This document shows, piece after piece, positions 18,247 to 26,007 of a DNA stretch of 39,043 nucleotides. A model generated the notes under the pieces. The model was given only the letters and a program-made list of their open reading frames with translations, was not told the origin of the DNA and searched no databases. The translations under genes were made by a program, and so were the position numbers. Location of the stretch: sequence record DRR723986_10824. One strand, given 5' to 3'. The stretch's first letter is position 1, and each line of letters starts with the position of its first letter.

Positions 18247-18401
18247 GAACGGCTCTGGTTCCCTCGTGGGCGTTTTCGCCTCACATGTTTGTAACATTTT
18301 GACACCAAGCAGCCAGAGCTCGGCAAACATTGCAAGTTTGCATGCGCAGATTGCAGTGTCTCCGACTTGAGTTCAGGCGCGGCTGAGGCCATGTTCCGGC
18401 G

Positions 18402-19385
18402 ATGGCAAACCTCATTGATCTCAAGGGCGAAAAGCCCCGCCTGCGGCACCCGGAGAAGCAATCCCGGCCAGACAGCCCGGTGCAGCGCAAGCCGGAATGG
18501 ATTCGGGTGAAGGCACCGGGATCGAAAGGCTATTCCGAGACCCGTGAGATCGTGAAATCCAAAGGCCTCGTCACGGTGTGCGAGGAAGCCGGATGCCCGA
18601 ATATCGGCGAATGCTGGGACAAGAAGCACGCCACGATGATGATTCTGGGCGAGATCTGCACCAGGGCCTGCAGTTTCTGCAACGTGTCCACCGGTAAGCC
18701 GCCTGCAGGTGTGGATGAGGATGAGCCACGTCGCGTGGCTGAAGCCGTTGCCGAAATGGGACTGCAGCACGTGGTCATCACGTCGGTCGACCGGGACGAC
18801 CTGATCGATGGGGGAGCGATGCATTTCGTCCATACGATCGAAGCGATACGCGCGGCGTCGCCCGGGACGACCATCGAGATCCTGACGCCAGACTTCCTGC
18901 GCAAGGATGGTTGGGAGAACCGGGTCATCGATGCGAAGCCGGACGTGTTCAACCACAATCTCGAAACAGTGCCGCGTCTGTACCTCTCGATCCGGCCGGG
19001 CGCCCGCTATTTTCACTCGCTGCGCCTGCTGCAGAAGGTGAAAGACCGGGATCCGAACCAGTTCACAAAGTCCGGCTTGATGGTCGGCTTGGGTGAAACC
19101 AAGGAAGAAGTGATGCAGGTCATGGACGACATGCGGTCCGCCGGTGTCGATTTCCTGACCATTGGCCAGTACCTGCAGCCAACCCGAAAACACGCACCGA
19201 TTGACCGCTTCGTCACGCCTGACGAGTTCCGGTCTTATGAAGAGATTGCGCGCGCCAAAGGTTTCTTGATGGTCTCTGCGACGCCGCTGACGCGGTCGTC
19301 TCACCATGCAGGCGAAGATTTTGCCAGACTGCGCGCTGCGCGTGAGGCGCTGAACGCGTCCCAGGTTTCTGGCAAGTCTGCCTGA
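18402..19385 (+). CDS. lipA: Lipoyl synthase
   Basis: [23 protein letters not shown] radical-SAM motif, [22 protein letters not shown] and RSSHHA. Confidence 0.98.
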   Translation: MANLIDLKGEKPRLRHPEKQSRPDSPVQRKPEWIRVKAPGSKGYSETREIVKSKGLVTVCEEAGCPNIGECWDKKHATMMILGEICTRACSFCNVSTGKPPAGVDEDEPRRVAEAVAEMGLQHVVITSVDRDDLIDGGAMHFVHTIEAIRAASPGTTIEILTPDFLRKDGWENRVIDAKPDVFNHNLETVPRLYLSIRPGARYFHSLRLLQKVKDRDPNQFTKSGLMVGLGETKEEVMQVMDDMRSAGVDFLTIGQYLQPTRKHAPIDRFVTPDEFRSYEEIARAKGFLMVSATPLTRSSHHAGEDFARLRAAREALNASQVSGKSA

Positions 19386-19389
19386 GCGC

Positions 19390-19863
19390 ATGGCGCGGTT
19401 CTCCAAATCAGTCAGGCTTCCCTACACGACGGAGCAATGCTTCGACCTGGTATCCGACATCCGGCGCTATCCGGACTTCATCAAATGGATCACGGCAATG
19501 CGCGTCTCTGAGGAGGCCGCGCTTGGAGGTGGGGCGTCATCCTGCCTTGGTGAAGCAGTAATCGGCTTCAAGGGCTTCACGGAGCGGTTTTCGACCCGGG
19601 TCACGAAAGATCCGACAGCAGGCAGCGTGATTGCATCTCTGGTAAAAGGGCCGTTCCGCCGACTGCGGGCCGAGTGGAAGATCACCCCGCAGGACCGGGC
19701 GACGGATGTCCGTCTCGACATCGACTATGATTTCAAGAACCCGTTCATCGGCATGTTGGCCGCAGCCAATCATGACCTGGCAGTTACGAAGATTCTCGAT
19801 GCCTTTCTGGACGAGGGGCGCCGGCGGTTTGCTGCGCCATCTTCACCGCTGACTGGCGCCTAG
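19390..19863 (+). CDS. ratA: START/SRPBCC protein, RatA/PasT/Coq10 family
   Basis: LPY...FDLVSDI..YPDF, E.F.TRV and GPF..L...W. Conserved position after lipA. Confidence 0.85.
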   Translation: MARFSKSVRLPYTTEQCFDLVSDIRRYPDFIKWITAMRVSEEAALGGGASSCLGEAVIGFKGFTERFSTRVTKDPTAGSVIASLVKGPFRRLRAEWKITPQDRATDVRLDIDYDFKNPFIGMLAAANHDLAVTKILDAFLDEGRRRFAAPSSPLTGA

Positions 19864-20360
19864 CTCATCTGGTGCTGGATCAGTTTCAGCGCGCATTCCA
19901 CGGCGGCCATGCGCACTTCTGTCCGGCCTATTTCGCCGACCTGAAGCATCTCATGCACCACCGCCCGGTTCTCGCGGGCGCAAGCAACATGAACTGTTCC
20001 GACCGGTTTCATGCGTGTGCCGCCGCCTGGACCCGCGACGCCTGTAATCGCGACCGCAATGTTCGCGCGGCTGGCTTCCAGCGCGCCTTCCGCCATCATC
20101 CGGGCGACCGGCTCTGACACGGCGCCGTAGTCCGCCAGCACATCGCCCGGAACGCCGAGCATCTCTTCCTTCGCGCGGTTCGAATAGGTAACAAAGCCGC
20201 GGTCGAACACGGTCGACGAGCCTGGAATGTCGGTAAGCAGCGCGGCGACGAGGCCGCCGGTGCAGCTTTCCGCCGTGCAGATCTTCAAACGAGCCTGTTC
20301 GGCGTCGTCTAGGATCAGCATGGCGAGGTTGCGGAGTCGATTTGGAAACATGTCGGTCAC
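19860..20360 (-). CDS. cinA: CinA C-terminal-domain protein (NMN deamidase PncC-like)
   Basis: TAESCTGGL, PGSS.VF.RGFVTYSN.AK, GAVSE.VA..MAEGA and ITGVAGPGGG...KPVGTV. Confidence 0.92.
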   Translation of the reverse strand: MTDMFPNRLRNLAMLILDDAEQARLKICTAESCTGGLVAALLTDIPGSSTVFDRGFVTYSNRAKEEMLGVPGDVLADYGAVSEPVARMMAEGALEASRANIAVAITGVAGPGGGTRMKPVGTVHVACARENRAVVHEMLQVGEIGRTEVRMAAVECALKLIQHQMS

Positions 20361-20372
20361 GTTATGCCTACA

Positions 20373-21158
20373 TCACTTGCCGGTGAAGACAGGTTTGCGC
20401 TTTTCGATGAAGGCGGCTGCGCTTTCCTTAGCATCTGCGGTCTGCATCAGACGGCGGATCTCGGTAATCGCCATCTTGCCGACTTCGCGCCACGGTGGGT
20501 CAACCGTTTTTCGAAGACCTTTCTTGATTGCCTGAACCGCCAGCGGCGGATTAACGGCAATCCTGTGGGCGAGTGCGAGAGCGGTGGGCATCAGATCGTC
20601 GTGCGGTACGACCCGAGACGTGAGGCCGATCTCTTTTGCGGAGGCAGCATCGATGATGTCGCCTGTAAAAAGGAGTTCGCAGGCTCGCTCCCGTCCCACA
20701 ATTTGGATCAACCGGCCGAAACCCGGCGCGTCACAGGTCAGCCCCCGCGTGACGAAGATTTCGCCGAACCGGGCCTTTTCTGAAAAGACGCGAATATCTG
20801 CCATGATCGCGAGTTCCGCGCCCCAGCCGAGGGCGAAACCGTTCACAGCGGCGATGACCGGAATGTCCGTGTGAAGCAGGGCATCTGCAGCCGGGGTGAG
20901 CCCGCCAGTCTTTTTCGCGCGCTCCGCCATTTCGGGCGTGGTTGGGGCGCCTTTGGACAGGATTTGCTTGACGTCATCACCGGAACAGAAGGCGCGGTCC
21001 CCGGCGCCCGTGATGACGATGGCGCGCGCATCCGCGCCACGAACGGCATCTTCCAGGGCCATGTAGGTCGGATAATCAAGCGCATTCATCGCCTCCGGCC
21101 TGTCGAGCGTGAGAATTGTAACGTGGCCGTCCTGTTCGACCTTCAATCCACCGGTCAT
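20373..21158 (-). CDS. Enoyl-CoA hydratase/isomerase family protein
   Basis: LDRPEAMNAL, ITGAGDRAFCSGDD, PVIAAVNGFALGWGAELA..AD and AFIEKRKPVF.G. SD GGGAGG 6 nt before ATG 21158. Confidence 0.92.
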   Translation of the reverse strand: MTGGLKVEQDGHVTILTLDRPEAMNALDYPTYMALEDAVRGADARAIVITGAGDRAFCSGDDVKQILSKGAPTTPEMAERAKKTGGLTPAADALLHTDIPVIAAVNGFALGWGAELAIMADIRVFSEKARFGEIFVTRGLTCDAPGFGRLIQIVGRERACELLFTGDIIDAASAKEIGLTSRVVPHDDLMPTALALAHRIAVNPPLAVQAIKKGLRKTVDPPWREVGKMAITEIRRLMQTADAKESAAAFIEKRKPVFTGK

Positions 21159-21222
21159 GTGCATCCTCCCTTTTTTGCAGAGGGGAGCACGCGCGGGGCG
21201 ATTTGCAAGAGGGGACGCGGCG

Positions 21223-22353
21223 TCAGGCCTTGGGCGAAAGCACTGCCACGGCTTCTGCCGCGATGCCTTCCTTGCGGCCGGTAAAGCCAAGCCCCTCAGT
21301 CGTGGTCGCCTTGATGCTGACGAAGTCCAGAGGCAGGCCGAGCAATTCGGCTGTACGAACGCGCATCGATTCCCTGTGCGGCTTCACTTTTGGTGCTTCG
21401 CAGATCACGGTGATGTCGCAGCTGGCGAGTTTATAGCCGGCTTTCTCAGCCAGCACCTGTGCGTGTTTCAGAAACAGGCCGCTGTCAGCGTCTTTCCATT
21501 GCGGGTCTGATGGCGGGAAGTGGTCGCCGATATCACCAAGCGCGACCGCGCCAAGGATCGCGTCGGTCAGCGCATGCCAAGCTGCATCGGCATCGGAGTG
21601 CCCCTTCAGTTTCGCCGAGTGGGGGATCTGCACCCCGCAGAGGGTGACATGGTCGCCCGGCTCGAAAGCGTGCACGTCAAAGCCTTTGCCGACGCGTGGA
21701 ACGGATTGGATAGGAGAGAGCATTCTGGCCACCAGGTCGAAATCCTCTGGGTATGTAATCTTGTGAAGGCGTGCGTCGCCAGGCACCAGCGTGACGCGGG
21801 CGCCCGCTGCCTCAACGGCTTCGAGATCATCAACGAACGATCCGGGCGCCTGAAGCGCGTCGCGAATGGTTGCAAGCCGGAAGGCCTGCGGCGTTTGTAC
21901 CCTGTACAGACCGTCGCGCGGTACGGTCGAGAAATGGCCCGAAGTCTGGGACTTCAATGCATCTGACACGGGCAGTGCAGGTGCCGCAGCGTCATGCTCT
22001 GTGAGCGCCGAAACAAGCGTGCTGATCATGGAGAGACTCAGACCCGGACGGGCTGCATCATGAATAAGGACAGCTTCGCCATCTGCCGCCGCAAGAGCTA
22101 CAATTCCAGCGCGAACAGAGGCGGTGCGGGTGTCTCCGCCACATACGACTTTCGTCTGAGATGGAAAGCTGGTCGCGACAGTCAGGTCGTCCACGACAAC
22201 AACCAGTTCCAACAGGTCCGGATGAGACAAAAACGTATCGACCGACCAGTCGATCACACGCTTTCCGAGCAGCATTTCCCATTGCTTAGGGCGCTCAAGG
22301 CCCGTGCGGGCTCCTTTGCCCCCGGCGACGATGATTGCAGAGAATCCGGTCAT
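21223..22353 (-). CDS. ispDF: Bifunctional IspD/IspF (MEP pathway)
   Basis: IspD: AGG.G.R....PKQ, IHDAARP, VQTPQAF, KITYPED. IspF: G.G.DVH, GHSDAD...[34 protein letters not shown]. Confidence 0.96.
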   Translation of the reverse strand: MTGFSAIIVAGGKGARTGLERPKQWEMLLGKRVIDWSVDTFLSHPDLLELVVVVDDLTVATSFPSQTKVVCGGDTRTASVRAGIVALAAADGEAVLIHDAARPGLSLSMISTLVSALTEHDAAAPALPVSDALKSQTSGHFSTVPRDGLYRVQTPQAFRLATIRDALQAPGSFVDDLEAVEAAGARVTLVPGDARLHKITYPEDFDLVARMLSPIQSVPRVGKGFDVHAFEPGDHVTLCGVQIPHSAKLKGHSDADAAWHALTDAILGAVALGDIGDHFPPSDPQWKDADSGLFLKHAQVLAEKAGYKLASCDITVICEAPKVKPHRESMRVRTAELLGLPLDFVSIKATTTEGLGFTGRKEGIAAEAVAVLSPKA

Positions 22354-22419
22354 GAGCGCCTTCTAAGGCACCTGTTGTATCTATGCCATGCTATTTCAGC
22401 TTCTGCAGCTTCGGGTTGC

Positions 22420-22460
22420 TGCTTATGTTTTGTGCACTTGCGAAGTCTCAAAAAGGTGCA
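22420..22460. promoter_or_regulatory. Tandem NtrC-like binding sites upstream of dusB-ntrBC
   Basis: 17-mers TGCTTATGTTTTGTGCA (22420-22436) and AGTCTCAAAAAGGTGCA (22444-22460) resemble TGCAC-N7-GTGCA with an A/T-rich centre. Confidence 0.55.
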
Positions 22461-22471
22461 AGAATGAAAAA

Positions 22472-23461
22472 ATGGTTAGTTTCGAGGCACCCAAGGTCTG
22501 GTTAGCGCCGATGTCAGGCGCAACTGACGCCCCTATGCGTCGGCAAGCTGTATATTTTGGTGCGCCAGCGGTGGTTTCCGAGATGGTCGCCGGGGAAATG
22601 CTGGCAACGCAACGTCCAGATGTTGTGCGTCGTACGTGCCGTCATGAAGGGGGCGGGTACTGGATTGTCCAATTGGCAGCCCGTCGACCTGAAGACATGC
22701 GCCGCGGGGCGGAGTTACTCGCCGATAGTGGCGTTGATGTCATCGATATCAATATGGGCTGCCCTTCTCGTCAGGTGACGGGCGGTCAGTCTGGTTCGGC
22801 TCTGATGCGTGACGTACCATTGGCCAGCGAAATCATGGATGCCGCCATCGAGGGGGCGAACGGTCGGCCTGTAACCCTGAAAATGCGTCTGGGCTGGGAT
22901 GATGCCATGCTGAACGCACCGGAATTGGGTTCAATTGCGGAATCCAAAGGTATCCGGATGCTGACAGTGCACGGCCGAACGCGGTGCCAATTCTATAAAG
23001 GCGAAGCCGATTGGACTGCTGTGCGGGATACTGTGGATGCGGTCAGACTCCCTGTCATCGTCAACGGAGACATCGCTTCAGTCGCTGACGCCAGACAGGC
23101 GTTGGAGCTTTCTGGGGCGCATGGAGTCATGGTGGGACGCGCCGCAATGGGTGAGCCCTGGCGGGTTGGTGAGATTGCCGCCGCGCTGAGCCAGTCCGAC
23201 TGGAATGCACCAACGCGGGCAGAAAAGCTTTCGTCCCTGTGCGAGCAGATTGAGGATTCGGTCTCGCTCTATGGTCCGAAATTGGGGGTGTTGACGGTTC
23301 GCAAGCATATCTCTGCGGCCATTGATGCTCTCGACCTGCGCATTGCTCCGGCTGATCGCCGCAGCCTGCGTTCCAAACTCTGTCAGATTTCTGATTGGCA
23401 GGACCTCATCGCCGCTCTGCGGCAAGTATATTTGCAACCCGACCTCGTGGAGGCCGTCTGA
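22472..23461 (+). CDS. dusB: tRNA-dihydrouridine synthase (NifR3)
   Basis: LAPMSGATD, SEMVA, IDINMGCP, GSALM, VTLKMRLGW, VHGRTR, NGDI and VMVGR. Directly upstream of ntrBC. Confidence 0.93.
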   Translation: MVSFEAPKVWLAPMSGATDAPMRRQAVYFGAPAVVSEMVAGEMLATQRPDVVRRTCRHEGGGYWIVQLAARRPEDMRRGAELLADSGVDVIDINMGCPSRQVTGGQSGSALMRDVPLASEIMDAAIEGANGRPVTLKMRLGWDDAMLNAPELGSIAESKGIRMLTVHGRTRCQFYKGEADWTAVRDTVDAVRLPVIVNGDIASVADARQALELSGAHGVMVGRAAMGEPWRVGEIAAALSQSDWNAPTRAEKLSSLCEQIEDSVSLYGPKLGVLTVRKHISAAIDALDLRIAPADRRSLRSKLCQISDWQDLIAALRQVYLQPDLVEAV

Positions 23462-23462
23462 C

Positions 23463-24533
23463 ATGCCGGTGGACACATTGCTGGACGCACGTTCCCTAGC
23501 AGATCTTTCCCCTATTGCCTTGCTCGTCATCGACGACAGGCGACGTATAGTGGATGGAAACCCTGAAGCTGAATCTTTGTTCCAGCTTTCCCGCAGAGCC
23601 CTTGCGGGAAAGCCACTCAGTGAACTGATCTATCACGACTCCTTGATCTGGGAGTTGCTGGATCGGGCACAGCGGCAGGTGGGTGACATTGCTTCGCCAG
23701 GTACACCGGTGACCGGACCTACAATTATGTCCCGCCTGGTCTGCGATGTCTGGGTGCGGACAACCGGTGACGAAGGGTTCGTTATTGCGCTTGTCGAAAC
23801 CGCTGTCCGGGAGGGCAATGAGTCTTCAGCAGGTGTTGCCGGTTTCGGTAGGATTCTGGGCCACGAAGTGAAAAATCCGCTCGGCGGGATCATCGGTGCG
23901 GCTCAACTGCTGGAGCGCCAAGGTGTTGAGGGCCAGGCAGAGCTTCTGGAAATTATTCGGGATGAAGCTCGCCGGATCGAGCGCCTGGTCAATCGCTTGT
24001 CGGCCTTCGAATTGTTTTCTGCACCCCGTATGAAGGAATTCAACATCCACGCGCTGCTGGATCGTGTTGTCGCGTCCGAGCGCGTGGCCATTGGCGAAAA
24101 GGTCGACATCAAGCGCGACTTCGATCCTTCATTGCCGGAGCTTCTGGGAGACGAGGATCACCTGCAGCAGGCTTTCCAGAATATCATACGCAATGCCGCC
24201 GAAGCAGCGCAGGAAGGCAGGGGAAGCGGGCAAGTTACGATCCGTACAGCCTACGCGACAGGACTGGCTTTCAAGCGCTCGCGGTTCGGTGTGGGTCTCC
24301 AGCGCGCCATGCTCGTGACGATCGAGGACAATGGCCGCGGTATTCCACGTGAGAAGCTGTCGCGTATTTTCGATGTTTTCCAGAGCTCAAAGTCGGGTGC
24401 GCGCGGGCTGGGGCTATCCATCGTCAAAGAAGTCATCACGGCCCATGGCGGCCAGATCCGAGTGGACAGCGAGCCGGGCACGACCCGTTTCACTGTTCTT
24501 CTGCCAATTCGTACAGGAGGCCTTAATGGCTGA
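23463..24533 (+). CDS. ntrB: Nitrogen regulation sensor histidine kinase NtrB
   Basis: PAS-like N-terminus, H-box HEVKNPLGGI.GAAQLL, N-box NIIRNA.EA, DNG.GI and GLGL. dusB-ntrB-ntrC synteny. Confidence 0.92.
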   Translation: MPVDTLLDARSLADLSPIALLVIDDRRRIVDGNPEAESLFQLSRRALAGKPLSELIYHDSLIWELLDRAQRQVGDIASPGTPVTGPTIMSRLVCDVWVRTTGDEGFVIALVETAVREGNESSAGVAGFGRILGHEVKNPLGGIIGAAQLLERQGVEGQAELLEIIRDEARRIERLVNRLSAFELFSAPRMKEFNIHALLDRVVASERVAIGEKVDIKRDFDPSLPELLGDEDHLQQAFQNIIRNAAEAAQEGRGSGQVTIRTAYATGLAFKRSRFGVGLQRAMLVTIEDNGRGIPREKLSRIFDVFQSSKSGARGLGLSIVKEVITAHGGQIRVDSEPGTTRFTVLLPIRTGGLNG

Positions 24534-25902
24534 TAAAACCGTTCTTCTTGCAGAGGACGATGCCAGCATCAGGCTGATCGTGAACCAGACGCTTGTGGCA
24601 GCTGGGTATGAGGTCCGTGCCACCAGTTCGCCGGAGGCGCTGGAGCGCTGGGTGCGGAATGGTGAGGGTGATGTGGTCGTCACCGACGTTTACCTTGGGG
24701 ACGCGTCGATCTTCGATCTGCTGCCCTCAATGCGCCTGTCGCGCCCTGAGCTGCCCTTTATTGTCATGAGTGGGCAGAACACCATCCTGACAGCGGCGAA
24801 CGCTGCGCAGCAAGGGGCGTTCGATTACCTCCCAAAACCATTCGATATCGATGCGTTGACCAGCCTGGTTCAACGCGCGCTGAAAGCACCGCCGAAAACA
24901 TCGGCACGTTCGATTAATCCGGAATCGCAGAAAGCTATCAGCGATGCCGGATTGCCTCTGATCGGGCGCTCTGATGCGATGCAGGAAGTCTACCGGATCA
25001 TCGCCAAGGTGATGAATACGGACCTGACTGTCCTGATCGAAGGGGAGAGCGGCACGGGCAAGGAACTTGCTGCGCGCGCGATCCACCAACTCGGATCGGC
25101 GAAAGATGGCAAGTTCGTTGCGCTGGACCTGGCAGCGCTGCCGGCGGTGGAGATCAATCGCCAGCTGTTCGGGGCGAATGGAGAACCGGGTGCCGTCCAC
25201 CAGAAGGGAGGCACGCTTTACCTCGACGAGATCGGCGATTTGCCTGCCGAGGCGCAGACCCAACTCGTGAAATTCCTGCGGGATGCAAATGGTGCGCGCC
25301 TGATCGCGTCCACCCGTCGCAATCTCGGTCGAATGGTGGAAGAGGGCGCGTTCCGCGAAGACCTCTACTACCGCCTGAACGTTGTGCGCCTCGCCATGCC
25401 GCCGTTGCGCCTGCGGAAGGAAGACATTCCTGAGCTTGCCAGGGCCTTCCTCATCCGTGCCCAGCGCCAGGGCCTGTCAGCCAAGAATTTCGACAAATCA
25501 GCCATTGATCTCATCATGGCCTATGACTGGCCGGGCAATGTGCGCGAGCTTGAGAATCTCGTGCTGCGTCTCGCTGTGCTGAGCCCGGATGACACAATCA
25601 CACTTCGAGATGTGGAACGTGAGCTGCGGGCAGGCGCGAGTGAACAGAAGGGCGCTAGCGGTGGCTTTGAAAAAGACATCGAGACCCTGCTGCACCGTCA
25701 CATCATGGGTGATCTGATTTCCAGCCGGGAAGACGAGGAAAGCACTGTTTACTCTCGGGTTATTGACCAGGTTGAGCGGCCGCTTATCCGTCTTGCCCTG
25801 TCCGTAACGGCAGGTAACAAGGTGAAAGCGGCCCAGCTTCTCGGCATGAATCGTAACACTCTGCGGGCGAAGATTAACGCACTCGGCATTGCAGAAGAGT
25901 GA
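24526..25902 (+). CDS. ntrC: Nitrogen regulation response regulator NtrC (atypical, GAFTGA-less)
   Basis: REC domain (EDD..D..MSGQNT..GAFDYLPKPFD), Walker A GESGTGKE, Walker B LYLDE, FREDLYYRLNV, WPGNVRELEN and a Fis-type HTH (GN..KAA.LLGMNRNTLR.KI). Confidence 0.93.
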   Translation: MADKTVLLAEDDASIRLIVNQTLVAAGYEVRATSSPEALERWVRNGEGDVVVTDVYLGDASIFDLLPSMRLSRPELPFIVMSGQNTILTAANAAQQGAFDYLPKPFDIDALTSLVQRALKAPPKTSARSINPESQKAISDAGLPLIGRSDAMQEVYRIIAKVMNTDLTVLIEGESGTGKELAARAIHQLGSAKDGKFVALDLAALPAVEINRQLFGANGEPGAVHQKGGTLYLDEIGDLPAEAQTQLVKFLRDANGARLIASTRRNLGRMVEEGAFREDLYYRLNVVRLAMPPLRLRKEDIPELARAFLIRAQRQGLSAKNFDKSAIDLIMAYDWPGNVRELENLVLRLAVLSPDDTITLRDVERELRAGASEQKGASGGFEKDIETLLHRHIMGDLISSREDEESTVYSRVIDQVERPLIRLALSVTAGNKVKAAQLLGMNRNTLRAKINALGIAEE

Positions 25903-26007
25903 TTGACGATTGCCAGAACTGTGGCTCTAGTGCATCACTGTTGCTGTATAGGCACGATTATGTGATCTTGGAGCAACGGGCCGGGGGGCCTGTATAGAGC
26001 CGGTAGA

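Noticed and set aside
19390..19863. RatA as a toxin-antitoxin system
   Set aside because: No RatB/PasI partner is adjacent. The lipA-linked Coq10-like START protein is better explained as a quinone-binding housekeeping protein.
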